Counted from the stretch's first letter, positions 9,289 through 19,092 are shown. The stretch: 64,000 bases of DNA from Candidatus Poribacteria bacterium (GCA_965208675.1 OZ242351.1:960001-1024000); one strand, 5' to 3'. Notes: generated by a model not told the origin, from the sequence alone. Program-made: numbers and translations.

Positions 9289-9747
9289 TTATTTGGATGT
9301 TAAATACATTATGTCAATTAACACGTCGAGTCCTGAGGAAATAAGGTTCAAATATTCCCCTAGTTTCTCAAGGTGTAAACCTCCGTGTTTTGAAGGTATA
9401 GCTGAAGAGGTCTGCGTAACCGTCGTATGAGTTCTTTGTACTAAAAACTTTTCAAGTTCGCCGGTTTCGGGATTTGGTACGTACTCCCACACTTCCTCAA
9501 TTGTTTCAGAGGGAGTTTCTGTAACTATCGTGTGCGATTTGTGTACTGTCAGTCTTTCGAGTTCGCCGGTGTCAGGATTAAGCACGTGCCTGGTTTCTTC
9601 CACAAATGTCTCCGATGTTAACCTAGGTAAATGCCCGTTTGATTCTATTTTGGCAGCTCCCGAACACCCTTGAAGAAGTATTAACGCAAGAACAACACAT
9701 GTGCAGCAACATGTTGCTAAGACGGTACCGAATCTACTCTTTATCAT
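9289..9747 (-). CDS. Hypothetical lipoprotein with two internal repeats
   Basis: Hydrophobic N-terminus ending in lipobox LQGC; two ~35-aa repeats with NPxTGELE core; GGAGG RBS. Confidence 0.65.
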   Translation of the reverse strand: MIKSRFGTVLATCCCTCVVLALILLQGCSGAAKIESNGHLPRLTSETFVEETRHVLNPDTGELERLTVHKSHTIVTETPSETIEEVWEYVPNPETGELEKFLVQRTHTTVTQTSSAIPSKHGGLHLEKLGEYLNLISSGLDVLIDIMYLTSK

Positions 9748-10028
9748 AATGGTCCTCCATTCGCCATCAGTCGTACTCGCGCTCGCCCAAGGTACTTCCT
9801 ACCGCATAGGGTTCCTAATGAAAGCACAGTGGAAACCATCATACTCAAAAAGGCAATTTCAGGTCAAGGGAAAAGAACATGACGTTTTATTTTTGATTCT
9901 CATGCGTTACCTTTGTTGAGTTTTCAGTTGCGTTTTGCCTGCTGGCGTGCTATGCTTTTTCAGTATTTCCGAATAGCCAAAGCCGTTTCGGAAGCGTTGA
10001 CCTAAAAAATTGCCGATGACTGGGGCGA

Positions 10029-10853
10029 ATGTCGACCTTTACCTCCGAAAGACCCAAGAAATTCGACCTAGCAACAAAGATTCTCGCCAACGAACAGGCC
10101 GCCGAAGACCACTATCTGCTGCGCTGCGAATGTCCAGAGATTGCAGAGCGCGCGCTTCCAGGTCAATTCATCCATGTGTTGATTTCAGATGCGTCTGCGC
10201 TGCTGCTACGCCGCCCATTCACAATCTACTCCGTTGAAGGCGATCAGATTACGATACTCTACCAGCGTGTCGGAGCGGGCACGGACTCACTGTCACATCT
10301 CGGCCGCGGCGATTCGCTCCATGTGATGGGACCGCTTGGCAACAATTTCAGTATCCCGCCAAATTTAGATCCGGCAATTATCGTTGGAGGCGGAGCCGGG
10401 ATTGCATCGTTGATGCTCCACGCGGCTGCTCTTCGAAGGGTAGGTGTACGCACGTTAGGGCTAGTCGGATCCATCAACGCTGCTCGGCTGTTGTCCGTTC
10501 CCGATTTAGAAGCAATCGAGGTTGAAACTCACATTTCAACAGACGATGGCAGCATTGGGCATCACGGGTTCGTTACGGAGGTGTTCACGCAGATTTTAGA
10601 ACAGCCGCAAGTTTATGACTTGCACAACCCTGTCACATACGCATGCGGTCCGTACGGTATGCTTCGTGCTGTGACCAAGATTTCTCGTAAATTTCGCGTC
10701 CCGATGCAACTGGCGATGGAGAACCTGATGGGGTGTGCGATGGGGGTATGCCTTGGATGCGTGTGCAAAGTTCGTACGCCGGATGGCGGGTTTGAATATC
10801 AAAGGGTTTGCACTGAAGGCCCGGTGTTTGATGCGGAGGACATCGTCTGGTAA
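10029..10853 (+). CDS. pyrK: Dihydroorotate dehydrogenase B electron-transfer subunit
   Basis: PGQF, LRRPFT, GPLGN, VGGGAGIA, ACGP, MGCAMGVCLGC..., VCTEGPVF [2Fe-2S] motifs; upstream of pyrD. Confidence 0.93.
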   Translation: MSTFTSERPKKFDLATKILANEQAAEDHYLLRCECPEIAERALPGQFIHVLISDASALLLRRPFTIYSVEGDQITILYQRVGAGTDSLSHLGRGDSLHVMGPLGNNFSIPPNLDPAIIVGGGAGIASLMLHAAALRRVGVRTLGLVGSINAARLLSVPDLEAIEVETHISTDDGSIGHHGFVTEVFTQILEQPQVYDLHNPVTYACGPYGMLRAVTKISRKFRVPMQLAMENLMGCAMGVCLGCVCKVRTPDGGFEYQRVCTEGPVFDAEDIVW

Positions 10854-10888
10854 TTGCTCACCTCATCTCCAACCACAGATGAAAAACA

Positions 10889-11812
10889 ATGGAAAACGGC
10901 GCGCCTTCTCTGGAAATTAATGTTGCCGGCATCCGAATGAAAAACCCGGTCATGACGGCTTCGGGGACATTTGGCTACGGCAACGAATACAGCGACTTTA
11001 TCGATTTAAATCAACTCGGCGCAACGGTTGTCAAAGGCATTACGAGCGTACCTTGGCCCGGCAACCCGATGGAACGAATTGCCGAAACGCCGTCGGGGAT
11101 GCTCAATGCAATCGGACTACAGAACGTCGGTGTAGACGGTTTCATCGAAAAAAAGCTGCCCTATCTCCGCAAATTCGATGTCCCCGTTATTGTGAATATC
11201 TGTGGTGAGCGGCGGGAAGAGTATGAGGAGGTCACGGAAAAGCTGAACCTCACTGATGGGGTCGCTGCGGTAGAGCTTAACATATCCTGCCCAAACCTTC
11301 ATTGCGGCGGAATGAGCTTTGGAGTTGACCCCGAATTGACGTATCAACTTGTCAAAGCGGTGCGAGAAAAAACCGCACTGCCGCTGCTTGTAAAACTTTC
11401 GCCCAACGTCACGGACATAACTGTCATTGCTACTGCCGCAGCAGACGCCGGTGCGGACGGGCTCTCAGTAATTAACACAATACTGGGTATGGCAATTGAC
11501 GTAAACACGCGGCAGCCGATGCTACAGAATGTCACCGGCGGGCTGTCTGGTCCGGCGATTAAGCCGATAGCTTTACGCATGGTTTGGCAGGTCTATAATG
11601 CCGTAAAGATACCCATTGTCGGCATGGGCGGTATCATGACTACTGAAGACGCGCTCGAGTTTTTCATTGCGGGCGCTTCCGCGGTTGCAATTGGCACAGC
11701 GAACTTCGTCAATCCACGAGCCCCATTGGACATCATCCACGGCATCCGCACATATTTGGAACAGAACGGGATTAGGTCGATTGCGGACCTGGTGGGAAGT
11801 TTGCAAACGTGA
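10889..11812 (+). CDS. pyrD: Dihydroorotate dehydrogenase (family 1B) catalytic subunit
   Basis: NPVMTASGTFG, NAIGLQN, ELNISCPN, VKLSPNVTDI, GGLSGPAIKP. Confidence 0.96.
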   Translation: MENGAPSLEINVAGIRMKNPVMTASGTFGYGNEYSDFIDLNQLGATVVKGITSVPWPGNPMERIAETPSGMLNAIGLQNVGVDGFIEKKLPYLRKFDVPVIVNICGERREEYEEVTEKLNLTDGVAAVELNISCPNLHCGGMSFGVDPELTYQLVKAVREKTALPLLVKLSPNVTDITVIATAAADAGADGLSVINTILGMAIDVNTRQPMLQNVTGGLSGPAIKPIALRMVWQVYNAVKIPIVGMGGIMTTEDALEFFIAGASAVAIGTANFVNPRAPLDIIHGIRTYLEQNGIRSIADLVGSLQT

Positions 11813-11861
11813 ATCCCGCCGCACATAAAATCATACATGTGCAAAAATTGAGGTTGAAGCA

Positions 11862-12950
11862 ATGCGTCATTTCATAACACTCGATGACTTATCGAATTTT
11901 GAGATTGAACAGATCTTTCGTCTTGCCGATCAGATGCGGACACAGATAGCAACTTGGTCGGGGTTTTGCAAAGGCAAATTGTTGGCAACGCTTTTCTATG
12001 AGCCGAGCACGCGGACTAGACTGTCCTTTGAAAGCGCTGTAGAACGCCTCGACGGGCGGGCAATCGGCTTCGCTGATCCGCATGCCGCATCCGTCGCCAA
12101 GGGCGAAACCATCGCTGATACAGTACGCATGGTCGCCAACTATTCGGATATCATCGTCGTTCGCCACAACTGGGCGGGCTCTGCACGAGTCATGGCGTGT
12201 TATTCTACCGTACCTGTCATTAACGGCGGGGATGGCAGCCATCGCCACCCCACGCAGGCGCTCACGGATTTGTATACCATACTTCAACGGAAAGGCGGTA
12301 TAGAAGGCATAAAGGTAGGCATCTGCGGTGATTTGCGGTATGGCAGGTCCGCCCACTCGCTCGCACTTGCCGTGGCGCGATTCGGCGGGCGTCTCGTCCA
12401 CATTGCCCCCGATGGGTTTCAGATGCCTGAGTGGGTTCTTAGCCGGGTGAAACATCTTTACGGCCAGGAACCGCTTGAGCGGAGCCATCTCAGCGATGTG
12501 ATTGGTGAGCTTGATGTCATCTATGTCAATCGGCTACAGCAGGAACGCCTGCCTCCGGAAATTGAACGGGAAGCGGCGAGTAGAAGCTATCTCGTGAACA
12601 CTGCGGTGATGAGCGGCGCCAAATCTGATGCCATTATCATGCATCCATTGCCGCGAGTCAATGAATTAGCTTATGAATTAGACGCCGACGGACGCGCCGC
12701 TTATTTTGAACAGTCTGCGAACGGAGTTCCCATTCGGATGGCGCTCATTGCGAGCCTGTTAGGACTAGAACAGTTAATTTTGACCCAACCGCCAGAGAGA
12801 AAAATCGCATCTGATAATCGTTCCTGTGATAATCTCAACTGCGTCACTGCCCACGAGCACTATCTGGAACCCGAAACGGAGATGATCACAGACGATTTGA
12901 CGACCGCCGTATGTGCGTATTGCGGCGCTATCAAACCTGAGATGATGTGA
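11862..12950 (+). CDS. pyrB: Aspartate carbamoyltransferase catalytic chain with C-terminal PyrI-like Zn-binding domain
   Basis: FYEPSTRTRLSF, HPTQ, GDLRYGRSAHSL, RLQQER, MHPLPR; tail C-D-N-L-N-C...C-A-Y-C. Confidence 0.95.
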   Translation: MRHFITLDDLSNFEIEQIFRLADQMRTQIATWSGFCKGKLLATLFYEPSTRTRLSFESAVERLDGRAIGFADPHAASVAKGETIADTVRMVANYSDIIVVRHNWAGSARVMACYSTVPVINGGDGSHRHPTQALTDLYTILQRKGGIEGIKVGICGDLRYGRSAHSLALAVARFGGRLVHIAPDGFQMPEWVLSRVKHLYGQEPLERSHLSDVIGELDVIYVNRLQQERLPPEIEREAASRSYLVNTAVMSGAKSDAIIMHPLPRVNELAYELDADGRAAYFEQSANGVPIRMALIASLLGLEQLILTQPPERKIASDNRSCDNLNCVTAHEHYLEPETEMITDDLTTAVCAYCGAIKPEMM

Positions 12951-12974
12951 AGGGAGTACTGCCGACGCAACTCC

Positions 12975-14414
12975 ATGAACCGTGTTTTTGAAAATACTTC
13001 TGCGCTGTTTATCGCCCAACTCATTGGCCGCATCCTGTCATTCGGCTTGGTAGTTATCCTGATGCCCCGCTATTTCACCGAGAAGGTGTTAGGCGGTTAT
13101 TTTCTGGCGATGTTCATTACAAATATGATTGCCAGCATAGCTGAATTGGGCATGCAAACCCCACTGATTCGTGAGATGACGTTGCATCGCCGACAAGCAC
13201 GCCATTTTTTGGGAAATGCGCTAATAATAAGATTTCTCTTGTCGATTGTTGCATTTGGGTTAATGGCCGGAAGCGGTTATTTGCTTGACTATGAGCCAAT
13301 CGTAGTTCGGATGATATTACTGCTCGGTTTTGCGGATTTGATTAACTCAACCGCTCAACTATTTCGATGCGTCTTTCGCGCGTTTGAACGGATGCGATAT
13401 GAAGCGCTCACAGTGGTTGTTGAGCGAACATTGGTTGTCTTCGTTGGCGGCTTGTTCATTGGATTAGGCGGAAATCTTGTTGATTTCTGCGTAGTGGTGT
13501 TGATTGCGAGCATCTTCAACCTCGCCCTCAGTGTTGGCATTGTTGCTAGAAGATTCGTATCACTTCGGTTCCACGTCGATTTGGGAATCTGTCAAACGAT
13601 TGTACGCCAGTCATTTCCATTTGCACTAGGCAATATCTGCAACCTAATTTACTTTAGAATCGACACCGTGCTGCTTTCGAAATTGAGCCCACACGGGATT
13701 ACTGCTAATGCCTGGTACGGAGTAGCGTATTCGCTGGTGAACGCGTTCACGGTTCTTCCGGGGGCATTCATGGGAGCGATGTTTCCAGTGATGGCGCGCA
13801 CATTCTCGAAAAGGAGGATGGAATTCAGTAGCATATACACTGAAGCGCTGCGATGGATGTTTTTGGTCGGCGTCCCGTTTGCTGTAGGGCTGGCAATTTT
13901 ATCGGAAAAAATATCGTCTGTCCTATTTCCACATTATGAATGGACGGAAATTACACCTGCCTTGCGTCTTTTAAGTTGGTCCGGGGGTCTGAGTTTTCTA
14001 ACGACCGTCGTAATTACAGTGCTTCGCGCAACTGACAAACGCCGTGCGTTCTCCCTATTGATGGCGACTACCGCGTTGATTAACATTGTGTTGAATTTTT
14101 TCCTCATCCCTCGCTTTAACCATGTCGGCGCAGCCATGGCGATGATCATTAGCGAGGTGTACCTATTTATCGGGAGTTTTATTTATATAACCCTTCGGAT
14201 TTCGAAATTAACCTACATCAGTTTTGCAATCAAAACGGGCATTGTTTCCGCACTGATGGGGGCAGCCTTAATGTTTCTTCGAGACCGCTTTTCAATCTGG
14301 CTATTGATTCCGTGCGCAATGGTATTTTATCTTGCCGGAATGGCCGCGGTTGGAGAACTCAGACGGGGTAAAATCCCAAAAAGAATGGAACTCACGGATG
14401 AATCGTCTTTTTGA
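12975..14414 (+). CDS. Wzx/MurJ-like polysaccharide flippase (MOP superfamily)
   Basis: About 14 hydrophobic segments; ELGMQTPLIRE, IYFRIDTVLL, LIPRFNHVGAAMA motifs. Confidence 0.88.
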   Translation: MNRVFENTSALFIAQLIGRILSFGLVVILMPRYFTEKVLGGYFLAMFITNMIASIAELGMQTPLIREMTLHRRQARHFLGNALIIRFLLSIVAFGLMAGSGYLLDYEPIVVRMILLLGFADLINSTAQLFRCVFRAFERMRYEALTVVVERTLVVFVGGLFIGLGGNLVDFCVVVLIASIFNLALSVGIVARRFVSLRFHVDLGICQTIVRQSFPFALGNICNLIYFRIDTVLLSKLSPHGITANAWYGVAYSLVNAFTVLPGAFMGAMFPVMARTFSKRRMEFSSIYTEALRWMFLVGVPFAVGLAILSEKISSVLFPHYEWTEITPALRLLSWSGGLSFLTTVVITVLRATDKRRAFSLLMATTALINIVLNFFLIPRFNHVGAAMAMIISEVYLFIGSFIYITLRISKLTYISFAIKTGIVSALMGAALMFLRDRFSIWLLIPCAMVFYLAGMAAVGELRRGKIPKRMELTDESSF

Positions 14415-14442
14415 TCTTCTCTTTTTATAGGGTAGGATTTCC

Positions 14443-14937
14443 TCAGGATTCTCTGTGAATTTCAAAGGTCTGTATCACTTCATTTGCCAGAAGCCGCTGA
14501 GAAATTATTTCCAGCTTTGCTCGATCTAAACAGCCTTGTATCCAGTATTTTTCTCCGGTCTGTGCATCCTGAACGCCCATAATATTCGCATCACGAATTC
14601 CTTTGAGGACGCTATCGCCAACCGCATCTGTCACACCGGACTTAAATCGAATTTCTATCGCCCAGGTGTTTGCAAGTAAAGCTGAACGAACACCTTGCGA
14701 AGGCAAATCATCATCGATTTCCCTGTAAACGTAACGCTGCGTTACCGGATCCGCAAGGAGATTGGCACAGATACGCTCAACTGCTTGTGAATCGATATTT
14801 CCTTCAATCAAATAAATTTGCGCGGTACGAACCGCGGTAACTCCAGCGATGCCCAAGTCGGCAATATCTTCGAGGATGCCACCCCCAACAACATCTAGTG
14901 CATCGGACTTGCCGAAAATTTCAATCTTCCATTTCAA
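14443..14937 (-). CDS. purS: Phosphoribosylformylglycinamidine synthase subunit PurS, tandem double-domain form
   Basis: Two PurS-like repeats each ending LLAD/NxVxQ (LLADPVTQ, LLANEVIQ), KSGVTDAVG motif; TTG start preceded by AGGAGA. Confidence 0.75.
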   Translation of the reverse strand: MKWKIEIFGKSDALDVVGGGILEDIADLGIAGVTAVRTAQIYLIEGNIDSQAVERICANLLADPVTQRYVYREIDDDLPSQGVRSALLANTWAIEIRFKSGVTDAVGDSVLKGIRDANIMGVQDAQTGEKYWIQGCLDRAKLEIISQRLLANEVIQTFEIHRES

Positions 14938-15032
14938 TCTTTAGGTCTCCTGATTGAACATCCAGATCCGCCGGACGCTTGGCTGTTGCTAACCTCGTAC
15001 CTTTAATTCATTGAATCGTTAAGGAGTAAAGC

Positions 15033-15287
15033 GTGCCGACCGAAAAAGCTAACGCTCGAATGCTTATGATTATCGTAAGTGTAATTGGACTAATTTTTGC
15101 CATTGTTATGGTAATCCTGTTCTTCAACGCGGCGCCTGCGCTTTCTGACCTACCAGAACACCGCACCTACACGGACGCCCCCGCGTGTTTGAAATGCCAC
15201 CTAATCGGGGATGAAAAAGAATCGCCTACCATGCCCCACATCAACGTTGGCGCCTGCCATCTCTGTCACAGTCTCGCCGAAGAATAA
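15033..15287 (+). CDS. Small membrane-anchored dihaem c-type cytochrome
   Basis: N-terminal TM helix, two CxxCH motifs (CLKCH, CHLCH), extra His (PEH, MPH) as in NapB-like dihaems; AAGGAG RBS before GTG. Confidence 0.72.
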   Translation: MPTEKANARMLMIIVSVIGLIFAIVMVILFFNAAPALSDLPEHRTYTDAPACLKCHLIGDEKESPTMPHINVGACHLCHSLAEE

Positions 15288-15521
15288 CAGGAAGGTGTGC
15301 CGCAATAACCGATTGCACTTTCCAAATCACATCAACAGCCGTACCCGCACTTTAGCATATTTGCCCAAAGAATGCAAGTGTCGGGCCGCTATTGCATCTT
15401 CGAAGACGAAACCGAAAATCTACCGATTTCACGAATTGCGCGAGACGCGTTGTTCATCGCACGACATTGTACCCATCCTGAACTAGTCGCCGCGGCGGGG
15501 GTAAGCGCGGCAGATTTTCTG

Positions 15522-15549
15522 TTGACGCCGACTTTCAAATGGGTATAAT
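15522..15549 (+). promoter_or_regulatory. sigma70-type promoter for the lsrF-like/dehydrogenase operon
   Basis: TTGACG-16 nt-TATAAT about 70 nt upstream of ATG 15620. Confidence 0.55.
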
Positions 15550-15619
15550 GGACTTGTGCGTTCGACTGTTTCAAATCGTTGAGGAATAAAATAACCAAAA
15601 AACCTGGAGGACACTGTAG

Positions 15620-16477
15620 ATGAATTTTGGAGCCTTGGGTTGGGGCAAAACTAACCGGTTAGCACAGATGTTCAAACCCAATCAGGACGGAGAATACCAT
15701 ACGGTCATGTTGGCAGTGGACCACCCGTATTTTTATGGGCCGACCGAAGGATTAATCGATCCGAGAAAAACAATACGTCCAATTGTCCCCTATGCAGATG
15801 CTATCAGCCCTGCAAAAGGTACGCTTGAATACTGCTTGGACCCGTTCGTAACCACACCCGTAATTTTAAGGGTAACCGGCGGCAATAGTTTGACGAGGCG
15901 CGACGAATTATCTAATGAACATATAATAACGTCCGTGGAAGAAGCGGTAAGGCTGAATGCCATTGGGGTTTCGGTCTCAGTGTACATTGACAGCGATCAT
16001 CAAACGCAAACCATCAAAAATCTTGGGACATTGGCAAACCAAGCCAGTAAATACGGCTTATTGGTATTAGGCATCACCGCTGTGGGGGCAACATTAGAGC
16101 AGCGAATTAAAGGCGAAGGCGCTGGAGATGACACATTCGACGCTGCCAGATATTTTGCCCATGCTGGAAGGATTATCCAAGAAAACGGCGCGGATATTGT
16201 CAAAACATATTATTGCGACAATTTTGAGCAAGTTAGGGAGGGGATTCAAGTTCCCATTGTCATTGCAGGCGGAAAGAAAATTCCTGAACAAGAAGCGTTG
16301 GAATTCACCTATAACGCGATCAGTGCAGGTGCCAACGGCGTCGATATGGGGCGGAATATTTTTCAAGCGGAAGCGCCCGCCGAAATGATACAAGCTGTCA
16401 AGTCAATCGTCCATGAAGGAAAAACGCCTGATGAAGCAATGGTAATTTATGATGAACTCAAACAGGGGACGCCGTAA
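15620..16477 (+). CDS. LsrF-like class I (DeoC/FbaB-family) aldolase/thiolase
   Basis: MLAVDHPYFYGPT, GADIVKTYY Schiff-base Lys, PIVIAGGKK, GVDMGRNIFQ. Confidence 0.88.
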   Translation: MNFGALGWGKTNRLAQMFKPNQDGEYHTVMLAVDHPYFYGPTEGLIDPRKTIRPIVPYADAISPAKGTLEYCLDPFVTTPVILRVTGGNSLTRRDELSNEHIITSVEEAVRLNAIGVSVSVYIDSDHQTQTIKNLGTLANQASKYGLLVLGITAVGATLEQRIKGEGAGDDTFDAARYFAHAGRIIQENGADIVKTYYCDNFEQVREGIQVPIVIAGGKKIPEQEALEFTYNAISAGANGVDMGRNIFQAEAPAEMIQAVKSIVHEGKTPDEAMVIYDELKQGTP

Positions 16478-16481
16478 GAAC

Positions 16482-17519
16482 ATGAAAGTTGGGATGTATT
16501 ATAATAACAACGATGTACGGTTAGAACATATGCCGGTTCCAGCCATCGGCGACGGCGACTTGTTGATGGAGGTGAACGTGAGCGGTATTTGCGGCAGTGA
16601 CATCATGGAATGGTACCGCATCCAGAAAGCGCCGTTGGTGTTAGGTCATGAGGTGACCGGTAATGTTGTCGAACTCGGAAAAGACGTTGCAGAATTCCGC
16701 GTTGGCGACAGAATTTTTACTACACACCACGTTCCCTGCGATGAATGCCATTACTGTTTACGCGGCCATCACACCGCTTGCGAAACTTTCCATGCCGAAA
16801 ACAACTTTGACCCCGGTGGTTTTGCGCAGTATTTAAGAATTACAGGAAAAAGTGTAATGAAAGGAACATTAAAGTTGCCCGATGGAGTCACCTATGAACA
16901 AGGAGCATTTATTGAACCGCTCGGTACGGTGGTCAGGGGGAGCAGGATTGCGGAGGTACAACCGGGCGATAGTATGCTAATTCTTGGAACCGGTCTGGTG
17001 GGATTGCTCCATATCAAATTAGCGCGAGCACAGGGCGCGGGGCGAATTATCGCAACAGACATGCACGAATCGCGTTTACAGTTTGCGGAGGAGATTGGCG
17101 CGGACCACACCATTGACGCTCGTGCGGATGTGCCAAGTCACGTTAGAGAAGTGAATGAAGGGCATCTTGTTGACAAAGTTATCGTCTGTACAGGCGCCTT
17201 ATCAGCCGCAGCGCAAGGGTTAGAATCGGTTGATAAGGGAGGAACTGTGTTGTTTTTCGCTGTTCCCAAACCGGGTGTGCCAATTGCAGTTGACATCAAC
17301 GCGTTTTGGCGAGATGATATCAGTGTCAAAGTAAGTTACGGTGCGGCACCGGCAGATAACGAACAAGCCTTATCATTTATCAGTGCCGGGAAGGTTTTTG
17401 TGACTGACATGATTACACATCGGTTAAGCCTTGATGCCATCGGCGAGGGTTTTAGACTGGCAAGCGAAGGCGCGGATAGCCTCAAGGTTATGATAGAACC
17501 AAACCGGAGTGAAGGCTAA
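16482..17519 (+). CDS. Zinc-dependent (MDR) polyol/sugar dehydrogenase
   Basis: GICGSD, LGHE, CxxCxxC...C structural Zn, GTGLVG; start at MKVGMYY. Confidence 0.9.
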   Translation: MKVGMYYNNNDVRLEHMPVPAIGDGDLLMEVNVSGICGSDIMEWYRIQKAPLVLGHEVTGNVVELGKDVAEFRVGDRIFTTHHVPCDECHYCLRGHHTACETFHAENNFDPGGFAQYLRITGKSVMKGTLKLPDGVTYEQGAFIEPLGTVVRGSRIAEVQPGDSMLILGTGLVGLLHIKLARAQGAGRIIATDMHESRLQFAEEIGADHTIDARADVPSHVREVNEGHLVDKVIVCTGALSAAAQGLESVDKGGTVLFFAVPKPGVPIAVDINAFWRDDISVKVSYGAAPADNEQALSFISAGKVFVTDMITHRLSLDAIGEGFRLASEGADSLKVMIEPNRSEG

Positions 17520-17630
17520 ATCACGGCGCCGAACTAAAGGTTGCTACAATGAAGACATAACGTAAGTCGGTTAGAACCCGGAAATCGATGGAAAAGATGC
17601 CGCACACTCCGCCGCCAAGCCGTACAGTCT

Positions 17631-18869
17631 TCAAATTTTTTCCTGTAGTTTCGGATGGCTATCGAGCACTTTGATGAGCGTTCGTACGAGTTTTTCAGGG
17701 TCGTGGCGGATTACCGTTAGGGGAACTCCATTCTCAACAATAACCGTGTCTCGAATAAGATCTGATTCCACAACACGGATATCACCGAGATTGTCCTGAC
17801 TGCGATCGTAAAAGATTTGCACCTTGGAGGGATCGGCCATCTGCTTCGTCTCATCAGAGAGTTGCGAAATATGTTTGGTGAGATTTAGCAGCGAATCCGT
17901 AACATGTTTCGGATGTTTTTGAAGCGCGGAAAGGGCTTCTTCCGTGTGCATCTTAATGCGTGTAAACTGCTCCATAAGCTCTTTTTGAACATAGTTATTG
18001 ATTAGTGTTTCCGGAGCAGGTTGATTATTGACGATAATAAAATCTATTGAAAGATTTGCATGATTGATGATTGCCTGAACGTGGTCGCTGACTGAATAGC
18101 CGTCAGTTTCGCCGGGCTGAGACATCACGTTGCAGATGTAAACTTTCATCGCTTTCGACGATCGGATTGCTTCGGCGATTCCCTTGACGACAAGATTGGG
18201 CATGATGCTGGTGAATAGGCTTCCGGGCCCGATTATAATGACATCGGCATTTACAATTGCGTCGTCAGCCTCTTGATTGGCAGTGCATTGATATGGTTTG
18301 TTCGGTGGGTGATGATTCATGCCGTTCTCGCGGGGCTCAAGAAATATCCGCCGTATTGGTTCCCGATTCTCACGCACCGGAATTTTGGATTCGCCGCGGA
18401 CTATCTCGCCATCGGCGAGTTCCGCGCACAATACGGTGTAATTCAAGCTAACGGGGATGATTTTCCCGCGTACCGCGAGCAATTTAGATGCTGCGCGGAT
18501 TGCTTTTGGGAAGCTGCCGCCATTCAATTCGGTGAGCGCGGTTAATAGTAGGTTGCCGACCGTATGTCCGCCGAGATGGCCATCATTTGAAAAACGGTAT
18601 TCAAATAGGCTGTCTAGCTCATCTGCCTCGGACAAGGCGACCAAGAGTTTACGAATGTCACCCGGCGGCGGCACATCAAATTCCTGGATTAATCGTCCGC
18701 TGCTGCCACCGTCGTCAGAGACCGAAACTATGGCTGACAGATTGTCAATATCAAAAAGTCCTGTCCGCCCCGGTGTCTTGTCTGTGTATTGTTTAATCCC
18801 ACTTAAGAGAGACGATAATCCTGTTCCTCCACCGATACACACGAGCCTTAGACCGCTTCCGCCTTGCAT
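17631..18869 (-). CDS. yvcK: YvcK/CofD-family UDP-sugar-binding protein (gluconeogenesis factor)
   Basis: IGGGTGLS, DDGGSSGRL, PPGDIR, GHTVGNL, GPGSLFTS, QPGETDG, RHDP; AGGAGG RBS before ATG 18869. Confidence 0.9.
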   Translation of the reverse strand: MQGGSGLRLVCIGGGTGLSSLLSGIKQYTDKTPGRTGLFDIDNLSAIVSVSDDGGSSGRLIQEFDVPPPGDIRKLLVALSEADELDSLFEYRFSNDGHLGGHTVGNLLLTALTELNGGSFPKAIRAASKLLAVRGKIIPVSLNYTVLCAELADGEIVRGESKIPVRENREPIRRIFLEPRENGMNHHPPNKPYQCTANQEADDAIVNADVIIIGPGSLFTSIMPNLVVKGIAEAIRSSKAMKVYICNVMSQPGETDGYSVSDHVQAIINHANLSIDFIIVNNQPAPETLINNYVQKELMEQFTRIKMHTEEALSALQKHPKHVTDSLLNLTKHISQLSDETKQMADPSKVQIFYDRSQDNLGDIRVVESDLIRDTVIVENGVPLTVIRHDPEKLVRTLIKVLDSHPKLQEKI

Positions 18870-19092
18870 AACGCCCTCCTTAAATGAGCTTCGATGATTC
18901 GTTCTATTGAAATGCCGCGCAGCTATACGCCCCAAACAGAAATTACGGTTTCAAGCTACAATCCCGATACAAACCTTTATGGCTTACAATGAAAGAGTGG
19001 CGTATCCTGATACGGCCGAGTATTTGATATTACCAACGTTGCGAAACCCCTTGCGTTTCAGGGATGAGAATTCGGCGGATTATCGATACTAT

